A stretch of DNA of 64,000 nt from an uncultured Candidatus Saccharibacteria bacterium (GTDB taxonomy: Bacteria > Patescibacteriota > Saccharimonadia > Saccharimonadales > Saccharimonadaceae). A program made the position numbers and the translations under genes. The stretch's first letter is position 1. Every line of letters starts with the position of its first letter. Positions 1 through 10,183 of the stretch are shown piece after piece. Below the pieces are notes generated by a model. It saw only the letters and a list, made by a program, of their open reading frames with translations, searched no databases and was not told the origin of the DNA. The stretch covers positions 236,130 to 300,129 of the forward strand of contig CAUQDR010000001.1 of NCBI GenBank assembly GCA_963517325.1, in the 5' to 3' direction.

Positions 1-218
1 GTATAAATCCGTAGAAGCTCGCCTTGTTCTGGGTTAAATGGATGATTTGAATCATAGCCAGAAATCATGTTAATAGCATTGCTAAGATTACTGCAGGATT
101 TATTAATATTTATATACTTAACCCTAGATTTGTCATGCGATAATTCTTTCCTATTTTTATAATAAAATGTTCTTAGTGCTTTTACATATTTATGTATTTT
201 TGCACATGCGGCATTCAT
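1..218 (-). CDS. hypothetical protein, N-terminal part only (gene runs off window start); most downstream visible gene of the NRPS operon
   Basis: Own minus-strand translation from ATG 218-216 gives MNAACAKIHKYVKALRTFYYKNRKELSHDKSRVKYININKSC..., open to position 1. Its ATG overlaps the NRPS TGA stop (ATGA at 215-218). No recognisable motif. Confidence 0.45.
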   Translation of the reverse strand, partial: MNAACAKIHKYVKALRTFYYKNRKELSHDKSRVKYININKSCSNLSNAINMISGYDSNHPFNPEQGELLRIY

Positions 219-3200
219 CGCGGATGAATTATAATTTCCAGATAAACGAAACGCGGCTTGTTCATGGTAGTTTTTTCATATCCGGCTGAGTAGTTTTCTA
301 AAATCTTTTCTACTATGTTGTTCTCGCTATCATTATTTTGTTCAAGATTGATTTTGTGTATCTTTGTCATTAATGTTATTAGTGTTTCTGATGAAAGAAT
401 GGACCCTATAGTAACATCAAGTGCTAACTTGTTGAGTTCATTTTTTAATCTTAACGCCAGGATAGAGTCTCCGCCGTTCGCGATGAATGATTGATTAGAA
501 TCGATATTGTTAATATTTGTTGAAACTATATCGGAAATTAGTTTTTTTAAGCTTTGTATATCTGAGAAATTAGTACTTTTTATCTGCGTGTCTTCTTCTA
601 TATACTTAGATTCTATCTCATAACACTCATCATTTAGCAGGCCATTTATAGAATTTACAAATGAGTCAATAATATTCTGCGGCTCTATACCGTTACTTGT
701 TGCAACCGTTAAAAATAATTCGCCGTTAGAGAAATCAAAATCAATCGCAAGAGGGAATTCAGTTTCTTCGTGTGTGTATATAATATCGTATTTTTGACTA
801 TCTATGTTTCGCGTTGTTATTGTTAGTAAAATGTCGAATGGTATAAATTTATTAGATGAAAGAGCTAATATTTTTTGAAGTGAATAATCTTTGAATGGTT
901 CGCGTTCTTTGTTTTTTGCAATCGTATCCAAGATATTTTTTGTCAGTACTGTTTTATTCGATATGTAAGGAACTGTATTTACTGACGGTTCCAAATTATT
1001 AAAATCGACCAAATTATTTCGAATATTATATACGAAGCCATATCCAATTCGTTTTTTTCCAAAATATTGAAGCGCCCAACAGTTAAAGACGCTCTGCACT
1101 ACTATTGCTGGTGTAGTAGAGAATTTTTTTGATAAACCATAAATTGACTGAGTTGCGTTTTTGCTTAGAACAACCTTTTTATTTTTATAGCCAGTTGCGT
1201 GTAGCTTCTTAGGAAAAGTGAAATCGCTCTTATCTATTTTCTGCATCTCATTTTTCCAATATAATATAGCTGCCTCTTCGCTATATTTTTTTGATGATAA
1301 TGGTAAAGGTCTATTTTTTATATTTCTTTCGCTCGTAATGAAATCTAATAAGAAAAATACACTATCTCCATCTAATAATACATGGTTATAACTGATACAT
1401 AAATAAAGATTGTCTATTGTATCAACAATTAAATAACGGATTGGTGGATATTTTTGTAAGTCAGGAATTTTTTTACGTTCATTCAGAAATATTTCGTTAA
1501 TTTCCGACTCTAGACACCATTCTTCGGTTAATATTGGTGAAGTAATATTAGAATCTTTTTGGAAAATCTCTCCATTTTTTTCATAAAACACCATTCTTAG
1601 TGACTTTATTTTCTGTGTCATGATGGTTATCTGCTTTTTTATATCCTCTTTTTTATACGACGATATATTTATGACAATTTGTTCTTTGTATAAATTATTC
1701 TTTCCAAATTCACTTCCAATAAGAAAACTCTTTTGAGCCGAAGTAGCAGGGATATCATCATTTTTTTGTAATCTTGAATATATTTTGCTTAGTGTATTTT
1801 TCGTAATCATAAGATTACTTTGCATTGATATTGTCGAGAGTTCTCGTCCAATGGTGATGTCTATTTCAATAAAAGGCACTGTACGGTTAATTATTGTAGG
1901 TAGTATTAATAGATTCTTGTTGTCGAGTTGGTTTTCACTTATTGTATTAAAAATAATTAATGGGCTTTTGTCTGAAATTTTTACAACACACGTTCCTTTG
2001 ACTTCACTAAAATTAGATGTTGTAAAATCAAATTTTTGTGATTCATAGTATGTCCCCCAGCCGATAGAGTTGATTGTATGGCTGTCATCATTTCTAACTG
2101 ACATCTCGTTTAGGATAACCAAATCACTGCTTTTTATTATCTGTGCATCATGGAGTGAGGATAATAATTGAGATTTTACATACTCCAAACTGTTGAGCTG
2201 TTGAGGAATATCAAGAAAGTTTATTTTTGTTTTTCCGTATTTTGCTTGGTTGTCTACTATAAAATTTGTTTTTTGATAAGAGTTATTAGACAGCGCCTTC
2301 TTGATGTAGTCTTCATTTTTGATATTAGCAAAATTATTTTCTCCGTCTAAGATTGAGTTTAAACCGTTGCTTAATATTTTCCACGAATAGATATCAAAAT
2401 AAAAATGATGGGATACAAACAAGATTTTTATATTATTATCTTGATAAAATGGAATGGCAATCATATTTATTTTATCTAAGACGAGTCGACCTCTATTTTT
2501 TTCTATTTCAGCATGAATGTCTTTTATTCCCGGTAAAGATAATATATTGTCCGAAAAATCAATTTTAAGAAATGGCAGAGACTGCCGTATTGTACGTAAT
2601 AAATATTTTAAATTTTCCTCGTTTAATTTTTTGTTAAAATATACTCCAGCTTGGATTTCCGCACTATTCTTAAGATTACCGGATAGCCTTAAATATGATT
2701 TCTGTATATTAGAATGCCTTGGTAAATCTCGATAGATAGTTTGATCGTTATTTTTTCTATTATCCAATAATTGAGCAATACCGACTGGTGTTCTCTCTTT
2801 AATTATGTCTCTTGGTCCAACTGGTATATTTATTTTATTGAGTTCATTAGAAGCTGTTAGACATAGCAAGGAATCTCCTCCAAGCTCAAAAAAATCCGAT
2901 TCAGCGTCGATCTTGCGTCCCAAAAGTTTTGCCCATATATTACAAATTTCTCTTATTATATTTGTTCTGCCATAAGAAGTGTTTCTCTCCTCCGGATTAG
3001 TTATTTCCTCACATAGACTGTCTAGTTTTTTTCTATCAAGTTTTCCGTTATTGTTTGTTGGTAAATGACTTATTGACTTTATTCTCCACGGAACCATATA
3101 ACATGGTAAAACATTGGATATGCGGGTTTTTAACAAATTCGCGTCTATCATATTGGTAGACTCAATAAAACAAACTAACCTATTATTGTTTTTGAATTTA

Positions 3201-5734
3201 TGAAAAACGATAGCTACCTTTTCAACATTTAATATTTGTCTAATTTTTTCCTCAATTTCGCCTAATTCTGCTCGTTGCCCACGTATTTTTACTTGATTGT
3301 CACGACGTCCATTATAGCCTAATATGCCATCCTTAATCCATCTCCCATAATCACCGGTTGCATAAACTTTTTCCCGTATTCCACTAATGTATTTAAAAAC
3401 TTCGGCTGTTTTGGCAGTATTATTTATATATCCATTAGATAACGAAATGCCATATATGCATATTTCACCTACGATTTTTTGTGGACAAATTTGATCATCG
3501 CAATCTAAAATTATGGTCCCGATATTATCTAATGGCATACCAATTGGAATATCTTCGTACTTAAGTATCGATTCGGAAGATATTTCAAAGAAATGAGTAT
3601 CGTCCGATGCTTCAGCTGGACCATATGCGTTTACGAGAGGATTGTTTGGATGCTGCTCATTCCATTTTACTGCAATTTTCTTAGCGATTCCTTCGCCAGT
3701 TGATATAATCTTTATACTATCTAGTATTTTATTTTTCGCAACATGAGATAATTCATAATCTAAGTATTCACTTATTAATGATGGTACTATTTCTAAGATT
3801 GTAATTTTATCCCTAGATATTTTATCAAGCATACCTTCAGGATCGATTAAAATATCTTTATCTATTATATCAATGGTGCCACCAACCATTAGGGGACAAA
3901 TTAATTGCCATATAGAAATATCAAAAGAGACTGGAGCGGATTGGGCGACAACGCTATTTTTTGATATATTAAAATACCGTATCATTATTTCCTGATGATT
4001 AACAAACCCAAGTCGATTAATCATAACACCTTTTGGTTTGCCGGTAGAGCCGGATGTAAAAATAATATAGGTTAAATCTTTGTCATCTACATGTTGTGAT
4101 TTTGGTAGTCTTCTTTGCCCTTTAATCAAGTCCTGAATATCTAGGTTCTTTACATTATCACAACGGCTTATTGGTGAATTCGTTATTACGAAATCTAGGT
4201 TAGCCTCATCTGATACCTCATCTATTCTATTTTGTGGTAACGCAGTGTCAAGTGGAATGAATGGTGCGCCAATTGAAATTAACGCAAGCTGGGCGGCGAT
4301 ATATTCAATGCTTCGCTCTAGGTTTATTCCAACTAAAGTCCCCTTCCTTATCTTTTTCCTACGTAAGTTATATTCGATATTAGCAACCAACCGTAACAGG
4401 TCTTTGTATGTGATTGACTTGTTGTTATGTATAATGGCATTTTTTCTAGGGTCCTTTTTTGCGATTTTTATTATTTTATTGATAATATTGGTATCACAAG
4501 CTAATGATTTTCCTTTTCCAAAATTTATTATTCGTTTTTCTTCTGCTTCTGAGCACATATGTAAAGAGGAGGCTTTATTATTTGGAGAATTGACAGTCTG
4601 ATTTAAGATTAAGCCAAATGAATTGGCTACGGCGTCGGCGTAATCATCAGAAATTTTGTTTTTATCAAACTCAATATGTATTAAGTATCGATTGTTCCTT
4701 TTGATGAGAGATAATGAAAAGCCAAGCCTCGCAGTCTTGTTTGGGATAGTTACGAAGTTATTTATACTTTTATCTTCGTCTACAAACTCGGCCATCACAT
4801 TATAAAGACCAATCTCTCTGTCGATACCTAGTTCGTTTAAAAGCTTATTGAGGGAGAAGTTTCTATGCTCAATTCCAGTCCACAACGAAAAAGTTGTTTC
4901 ATTTATTAACTCTAATATAGTCTTTGAAGATTCTATATGTATTGGGATTGGAAGAACGTTAATATTACAGCCATACTGAATTTTTGCGTCATCTGTATAA
5001 TTTCTTAGTGTTACTGGCGTGGAAATAACCATGTTGTCTTCTGAAAGAACTTTTCTTAATATGATAGCGGTAGTTAAAATCACGAGTGCTGTCGCTGAGG
5101 TACTATTTTTTGCCACAAATTCTTCCATACCTCTAGCGGTTGAATTGTCTAGTAACTTATCGATTATGCCAATCCCCACGCAACCTTCTGTTGGCATAAA
5201 GAATGAACATGGTTCATGATTATTTTTTAATTTTTCTTTCCAGTAAATATTATCGTCGACGCATATTTTGGCTTGTATGTGGTCGGATAGTTCAAATTTA
5301 TGATTAGGCTCTTTTATTAAGCTATGTAGCGTGTTAATAAAACTTTTTATAGAATCTTTATCAAAATAAAAATGATGTGTAGCGATAAAAATCGTGTTAT
5401 TGTTTCTAAAATAAAATCGAATTGATTCTCCTGTGTTTAAGTCGAAAACAAGGTGAAGTTCTTCTATGCTCTCTACCTCAACTATGTCATTAGTGTCTTT
5501 TGATTTATTTTTTAAATACGGTTCACCATCATTTTTTAATGAGACGCGCATGTCTAAGTTGGGAAAAAATAGTGCGGTCCTTTTTAAAGCTTTGCTAAAG
5601 TTATCTTTTTTTATGGGTTTTAAGAAAGTTAATTTTATAACGATATTGTCTCTATCGTCACGAAAGGTATTATTGGATATCCAGAAATTTTTTTCGAAGT
5701 CACATAATGATCTACTTTTCATCTTTATCTCCAA
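215..5734 (-). CDS. nonribosomal peptide synthetase, domain order C-A-T-C-C-T (no TE/R domain)
   Basis: 1839-aa ORF. Condensation His motifs: HHFYFDKDS (~aa 118), HHFYFDIYS (~aa 1108), NHVLLDGDS (~aa 1450). Adenylation cores: YIIFTSGSTGKPKGV, FDISIWQ, NAYGPAE, YATGDYGRW, GRRDNQVKIRGQR, NGKLDRK. Carrier Ser motifs: FFELGGDSLL (~aa 954) and IANGGDSILAL (~aa 1756). Confidence 0.93.
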   Translation of the reverse strand: MEIKMKSRSLCDFEKNFWISNNTFRDDRDNIVIKLTFLKPIKKDNFSKALKRTALFFPNLDMRVSLKNDGEPYLKNKSKDTNDIVEVESIEELHLVFDLNTGESIRFYFRNNNTIFIATHHFYFDKDSIKSFINTLHSLIKEPNHKFELSDHIQAKICVDDNIYWKEKLKNNHEPCSFFMPTEGCVGIGIIDKLLDNSTARGMEEFVAKNSTSATALVILTTAIILRKVLSEDNMVISTPVTLRNYTDDAKIQYGCNINVLPIPIHIESSKTILELINETTFSLWTGIEHRNFSLNKLLNELGIDREIGLYNVMAEFVDEDKSINNFVTIPNKTARLGFSLSLIKRNNRYLIHIEFDKNKISDDYADAVANSFGLILNQTVNSPNNKASSLHMCSEAEEKRIINFGKGKSLACDTNIINKIIKIAKKDPRKNAIIHNNKSITYKDLLRLVANIEYNLRRKKIRKGTLVGINLERSIEYIAAQLALISIGAPFIPLDTALPQNRIDEVSDEANLDFVITNSPISRCDNVKNLDIQDLIKGQRRLPKSQHVDDKDLTYIIFTSGSTGKPKGVMINRLGFVNHQEIMIRYFNISKNSVVAQSAPVSFDISIWQLICPLMVGGTIDIIDKDILIDPEGMLDKISRDKITILEIVPSLISEYLDYELSHVAKNKILDSIKIISTGEGIAKKIAVKWNEQHPNNPLVNAYGPAEASDDTHFFEISSESILKYEDIPIGMPLDNIGTIILDCDDQICPQKIVGEICIYGISLSNGYINNTAKTAEVFKYISGIREKVYATGDYGRWIKDGILGYNGRRDNQVKIRGQRAELGEIEEKIRQILNVEKVAIVFHKFKNNNRLVCFIESTNMIDANLLKTRISNVLPCYMVPWRIKSISHLPTNNNGKLDRKKLDSLCEEITNPEERNTSYGRTNIIREICNIWAKLLGRKIDAESDFFELGGDSLLCLTASNELNKINIPVGPRDIIKERTPVGIAQLLDNRKNNDQTIYRDLPRHSNIQKSYLRLSGNLKNSAEIQAGVYFNKKLNEENLKYLLRTIRQSLPFLKIDFSDNILSLPGIKDIHAEIEKNRGRLVLDKINMIAIPFYQDNNIKILFVSHHFYFDIYSWKILSNGLNSILDGENNFANIKNEDYIKKALSNNSYQKTNFIVDNQAKYGKTKINFLDIPQQLNSLEYVKSQLLSSLHDAQIIKSSDLVILNEMSVRNDDSHTINSIGWGTYYESQKFDFTTSNFSEVKGTCVVKISDKSPLIIFNTISENQLDNKNLLILPTIINRTVPFIEIDITIGRELSTISMQSNLMITKNTLSKIYSRLQKNDDIPATSAQKSFLIGSEFGKNNLYKEQIVINISSYKKEDIKKQITIMTQKIKSLRMVFYEKNGEIFQKDSNITSPILTEEWCLESEINEIFLNERKKIPDLQKYPPIRYLIVDTIDNLYLCISYNHVLLDGDSVFFLLDFITSERNIKNRPLPLSSKKYSEEAAILYWKNEMQKIDKSDFTFPKKLHATGYKNKKVVLSKNATQSIYGLSKKFSTTPAIVVQSVFNCWALQYFGKKRIGYGFVYNIRNNLVDFNNLEPSVNTVPYISNKTVLTKNILDTIAKNKEREPFKDYSLQKILALSSNKFIPFDILLTITTRNIDSQKYDIIYTHEETEFPLAIDFDFSNGELFLTVATSNGIEPQNIIDSFVNSINGLLNDECYEIESKYIEEDTQIKSTNFSDIQSLKKLISDIVSTNINNIDSNQSFIANGGDSILALRLKNELNKLALDVTIGSILSSETLITLMTKIHKINLEQNNDSENNIVEKILENYSAGYEKTTMNKPRFVYLEIIIHPR

Positions 5735-7361
5735 TTAATTTTTTTAAATCACTAAAAGAATAATCATTACGAAGTATATCGATCAAATTAATTTTTAGGT
5801 CGTAAACATCAGTAAGTGCCTTAACGAGCTTTAATGCTCTTAACGAGTCTCCGCCAGCAGCGAAAAAGCCTATTTCTGCGGTTTTTGGCACTTCTCCAAA
5901 AACCTCATACCATAATTTTAGCAACTTCTCATCCCTAGTATTATTACTACTGAAAGTTAGAGGACTCACCTCTGGGATATTCTTGATTTTTAAGGCTAGT
6001 TGTTTTCTGTCAATTTTTCCGTTCTGGCTAAGTGGAAAATTATTTATTATTGCAATCTTCCATGGTAGTAATTTATATGTAGATAGAAAATTTGTTTTTT
6101 TAATGCGGTTGTAATCTGACTTATTGTCGGTAACTGCAATGAGTGTGAGTTCATTTTTGTACTTTTTGGGGACAATAAATAAATTATCAATATCAAGAAG
6201 TTCCCTCAATTCCGTTTCTAATCCCTCCAGTTCGATTCTTTGGCCATTTATTTTGACTTGATTGTCTTTTCGTCCGAGGTATTCAATAATGCCGTTTTTA
6301 TGAATTTTTCCAATGTCGCCGGAATTAAACCAACGTTTACCGTGTATTTTTATACAATTATCTGGCATAGTGCCTAAATATTTATTGAATAATTGTTTGC
6401 TATTTATTAAAATTTCGTTATTTTCTGACAATCTTATTTTGACTCCATCGATTGGAAGGCCTATTGGGACTCTATATTTTTGTTCGCTTGTTATTTCATA
6501 TGTTGAGGCGCAGATAATGGATTCAGTTGGCCCGTATGCATTAATTAAATGTTTTACTTTTTTTCTACAACGATTAGCGAGTGCTACCGGGCATTCTTCG
6601 CCAGCTAAAATTAGGGTAGTAATATGATTTAAAATGGAATCGTCGATAGTTTTTGCGAGGCTAGGAGGAAGAGTGATTATATTGTTTCTATAGTTAGACA
6701 AAGTCTGTAGGGATTGATATGGATTTTCTCTCAATTCTTTGCCGGGAATTAATAGTGTAGCTCCACTCAATAGAGCTGTCCAAATTTCAGCTAGTGACGA
6801 ATCGAAACCGAGGTAAGCAAACTGTACTACATTGGAAGTGTTTTTAATATAATATTTCTTAATTAAAGCCTTTGCCAGTTGCCCTAGAGCATGCGAACTA
6901 GCAAAAACTGCTTTCGGTTCGCCGGTCGAACCAGAGGTGAAAATTACATATCCACCATTGGTTGAGATATTATTTTTATTAAACGTACCGTTGAACTTTT
7001 TTACAGTTGAGTATTTAATTAGTTCGAGGTTTTCTATATCTTTATGTGACTCTGAAAAATAAAATCGCGCATATCTTGATAAGAGGCTAGAAATCTTTTT
7101 TTGTTCTAATCTCGGATCAATCAACACAATGTTTTTACCAGCAAAAATTGTGGCGATAATACTGACTACTGCTAGATAATTTTGATCATCTATTATACCT
7201 ATAAATTCTTCATCGCTCAGCTTGGATGTTAAATATTTTATGAATGTATTTATGTCTTTTTTAAGCTCTCGGTAACTTATTATTGCTCCATTAAAACATA
7301 TAACTGCGGGAGCATCCAGGTATTTATTGGCAATTTTTAGGAAATCTTTATATAGACTCAT
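5712..7361 (-). CDS. stand-alone adenylation + peptidyl-carrier (A-T) didomain protein
   Basis: 549 aa. Motifs FTSGSTGEPKAV, FDSSLAEIW, NAYGPTES, GRKDNQVKINGQR and NGKIDRK, then carrier motif FFAAGGDSLRALKL. The stop region overlaps the NRPS start by 23 nt. Confidence 0.9.
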   Translation of the reverse strand: MSLYKDFLKIANKYLDAPAVICFNGAIISYRELKKDINTFIKYLTSKLSDEEFIGIIDDQNYLAVVSIIATIFAGKNIVLIDPRLEQKKISSLLSRYARFYFSESHKDIENLELIKYSTVKKFNGTFNKNNISTNGGYVIFTSGSTGEPKAVFASSHALGQLAKALIKKYYIKNTSNVVQFAYLGFDSSLAEIWTALLSGATLLIPGKELRENPYQSLQTLSNYRNNIITLPPSLAKTIDDSILNHITTLILAGEECPVALANRCRKKVKHLINAYGPTESIICASTYEITSEQKYRVPIGLPIDGVKIRLSENNEILINSKQLFNKYLGTMPDNCIKIHGKRWFNSGDIGKIHKNGIIEYLGRKDNQVKINGQRIELEGLETELRELLDIDNLFIVPKKYKNELTLIAVTDNKSDYNRIKKTNFLSTYKLLPWKIAIINNFPLSQNGKIDRKQLALKIKNIPEVSPLTFSSNNTRDEKLLKLWYEVFGEVPKTAEIGFFAAGGDSLRALKLVKALTDVYDLKINLIDILRNDYSFSDLKKLIGDKDEK

Positions 7362-9106
7362 CTTATTTTCTCAAAATAATAATCATTAATCACCATGCAG
7401 TCAATGTCTGATTTTATAAAAGATCTAATTGCGTCATCTTCGTAGCAGACAATTGGTTCGCTCTTAAGATTGAAAGATGTATTTAATATTACAGGTATAC
7501 CGGTGTTTTTCTCCATAAAGTCAAGCAAGCTCCAAATATCTGGTAGATCGTCTCTTGATACTGTCTGAATGCGGGAAGTTCCATCAATATGGATTACGGC
7601 CTGAAGTTTATCCCTATACCTGTCTCTAACCGTTGCATTTATCAGCATATGTTTATAGTTGCAAGATTTTGTTGTTATGAAGAATTTGTCTACGAACTCT
7701 GATTTTACCATTGGGGCAAATGGCCTAAACATCTCCCGTTCTTTTGTGATTTTATTCAATCTTTCCTTCGTCTTTATATCCCTAGGATCGGCAAAAATAG
7801 ACCTATGACCAAGTGCTCTTGGGCCAAATTCCATCTTTCCTCTAGCCCAAGCAACAATCTTTTTATTAATTAAGTCAGTACCAACTCTATGGATTAGCTC
7901 TTTGTCTGTCATTTTAGTGATATTTACCCCATCCACGGATTTACCAGAATATTTAATCTCTGGACCATAAAACGGCATGCCAGGGCAAAACTTACTACTT
8001 AAAGATTTTCCGTTTTTAATAAGAATATTCATACATGCACCTAACGACGTTCCATCGTCAGCTGAGGCTGGTGGAATATAAATTTTGTCAAATATGTTTT
8101 TTGAAGCTATGAATGCATTTGTTACGCAATTGAGGGCCACACCACCAGAAATACATAGTTGTTTTGCTCCAGTTTGTTTGCGCCAATAATCAACTAGCTC
8201 TAGCATTATCGTATTAGTCTTATGTTGTAGTGCTGCTGCTAAGTCAATATGCTCAGAAGTTATTTTGTCTTTTGGGTCCCGCTCCTTAAATAGATTTTTG
8301 CTTAGGAATCTCTTAAAGTGTCTATATGTCTCTCTGTCATATACTGTTGTAATTTTATCTGGGAATAGCATTTTTATATTGATGTTGCCATCGCAAAATA
8401 TAGCGGTATTATTCATGAATCCCTCATATTTTTTGGGGTTTCCAAAAGCCGCAAGTCCCATGATTTTATATTCATCAGAATTTGGATAAAAACCAAGGAA
8501 CTCAGTCGTTGCGGCATACATCATACCTATTGAACTATCAGCATTATATGTACGAAGTTTTGTGATTTTTTTGCCCTCTCCTAGATATATAGATATACTG
8601 TCAACTTCCCCTAATCCGTCGGCTATAACTATCAGTGTTTTTGTGTTGAAGGCGGAAGTAAGATATGCATATGTGGCATGGCAATCGTGATGGGCGATAG
8701 GCGTATATTTTTTGCTAATATCGACATAAAAATATTTACTAAAGAGTGATATTTGAGCATTATTTGAAAGAACTTCTTCATATAATCTTTTTGAATATTC
8801 ATTTAGCTCGTAAATTGCACTATATGGTTCATAATTAAAACCATGTGCTATTATATCTATGTCGTTTATTCCTATGTTAGCAACTCTTAGGCATTCTCTT
8901 ATTGCATTTACGGGGAAATCTCCAGTATGCTTTTTACCATTAAATCTTTCTTCGGCACAAGCACATATAATTTCTCCATCTTTCATAATGGCAGCCGCAG
9001 AGTCCATTCCTTGACCGATACTTTTCTCTATATCAGTTAAGTGGGGAGCATTAGTTCTTTTAAAGTTAATATATCCATCTAGGCCGCTATACCCTAAAAT
9101 ATACAT
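7358..9106 (-). CDS. carbamoyltransferase, NodU/CmcH (TobZ-like) family
   Basis: 582 aa. Family-typical segments: GMDSAAAIMKDGEIICACAEERFNGKKHTGDFP, CISGGVALNCVTN, FGPRALGHRSI, NTSFNLKSEPIV. There is a 4-nt overlap with the downstream A-T gene. Confidence 0.88.
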   Translation of the reverse strand: MYILGYSGLDGYINFKRTNAPHLTDIEKSIGQGMDSAAAIMKDGEIICACAEERFNGKKHTGDFPVNAIRECLRVANIGINDIDIIAHGFNYEPYSAIYELNEYSKRLYEEVLSNNAQISLFSKYFYVDISKKYTPIAHHDCHATYAYLTSAFNTKTLIVIADGLGEVDSISIYLGEGKKITKLRTYNADSSIGMMYAATTEFLGFYPNSDEYKIMGLAAFGNPKKYEGFMNNTAIFCDGNINIKMLFPDKITTVYDRETYRHFKRFLSKNLFKERDPKDKITSEHIDLAAALQHKTNTIMLELVDYWRKQTGAKQLCISGGVALNCVTNAFIASKNIFDKIYIPPASADDGTSLGACMNILIKNGKSLSSKFCPGMPFYGPEIKYSGKSVDGVNITKMTDKELIHRVGTDLINKKIVAWARGKMEFGPRALGHRSIFADPRDIKTKERLNKITKEREMFRPFAPMVKSEFVDKFFITTKSCNYKHMLINATVRDRYRDKLQAVIHIDGTSRIQTVSRDDLPDIWSLLDFMEKNTGIPVILNTSFNLKSEPIVCYEDDAIRSFIKSDIDCMVINDYYFEKIR

Positions 9107-9107
9107 T

Positions 9108-9656
9108 TTATATATCCTTATTTATTACTTGATAATCGTCTATTCTCAAGGCTGAGCATATAGCAAATACATAGTCATAATCTTTAATTATTTTATAAAA
9201 GCCTTTATCGACTAATCTACCTTGTCTTTTTAATTTATATTTATCATCGTTTGCAATCATAGAATATTCACTTGGGTCGGCCATCAAAAACCCTACGCCT
9301 TGTTTCTTTAAAGAAGCTTCTTTGAGGCACCATAGATCGATAAGTGTACTATTCTGAACAGAATCGTCTCCGGAAAATGCAATTTTTTGAACATTTTTTA
9401 ATTCGTTATTTCTAATTTTTGGCTCAAGGTCTACGCCTATAGGATATTGGGATAATGCTATGAATAATAAGCTATTCGCATGTGAATAGCTTATGTAGTA
9501 GTCACTATACTCTAGATGCGGTTTTCCGTTTTTGTCGTGTGTTAATTTAATATTTGTATTATTTAATTTTAACTTAGCAATTTCTTCCACCTTTTTTCTA
9601 CAAAAATCTCTCGAATGTGCCTCCTTGAGATTATATAAGATAAAATATTGCTCCAT
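9108..9656 (-). CDS. 4'-phosphopantetheinyl transferase, Sfp type
   Basis: 182 aa. Motifs GKPHL, ISYSHANS, IGVDLE and WCLKEASLKKQG, the classic Sfp/EntD arrangement. Ends 1 nt before the carbamoyltransferase start. Confidence 0.85.
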   Translation of the reverse strand: MEQYFILYNLKEAHSRDFCRKKVEEIAKLKLNNTNIKLTHDKNGKPHLEYSDYYISYSHANSLLFIALSQYPIGVDLEPKIRNNELKNVQKIAFSGDDSVQNSTLIDLWCLKEASLKKQGVGFLMADPSEYSMIANDDKYKLKRQGRLVDKGFYKIIKDYDYVFAICSALRIDDYQVINKDI

Positions 9657-9668
9657 TTTTTTCTCACA

Positions 9669-10166
9669 TTAGATCTTTAATGCCATTTCTAAATCATGTC
9701 GAATAAAACCATTTTTCTCATAAACAGCTATTGCACGCTTATTGTCGGATAAGACCAATAATCTTATACTAGTGCAATTTTCTGATTTGAAATAATCCTT
9801 CATCTTATCGAGTAGCTTTTTACCTATGCCACTGCCTCTATGTTCAGGTTTTACAAATAATAATCCAATCCATCCTTCTTTCGAAGGATTATGCGAAAGA
9901 TCATAAAAAATATCATCGCCTTTTTTGTGTTCAATTATCACTCCTTGGATAAAACCAATAATTTGGTTTTTCCATTCGGCGACAAAAATTTTACCATGCA
10001 TATTATTTGCGTCATCTATCATTTTCTGCATATAATGATGGGCGCTATCAATGTCGCTATATGGCAGCGACTCGTGCGTTTGGTCAATCTCTGAAAAATA
10101 CTTTTGGAGCTCAAATTGCATTTCGTCTATATATTTTCGGTCATTTATGTCTATTTCTCGAATCAT
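9669..10166 (-). CDS. GNAT-family N-acetyltransferase
   Basis: 165 aa. Acetyl-CoA binding motif RGSGIGKKLL, followed by a LLVLSDNKRAIAVYEKNGF beta-bulge region. Confidence 0.85.
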   Translation of the reverse strand: MIREIDINDRKYIDEMQFELQKYFSEIDQTHESLPYSDIDSAHHYMQKMIDDANNMHGKIFVAEWKNQIIGFIQGVIIEHKKGDDIFYDLSHNPSKEGWIGLLFVKPEHRGSGIGKKLLDKMKDYFKSENCTSIRLLVLSDNKRAIAVYEKNGFIRHDLEMALKI

Positions 10167-10183
10167 TTTTAATCCTTTATTGT

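Noticed and set aside
1785-5738. Many 60-118-aa plus-strand ORFs inside the NRPS gene
   Set aside because: They are antisense to a 1839-aa ORF with complete NRPS motifs. Their hydrophobic, low-complexity sequences are expected from AT-rich antisense frames.
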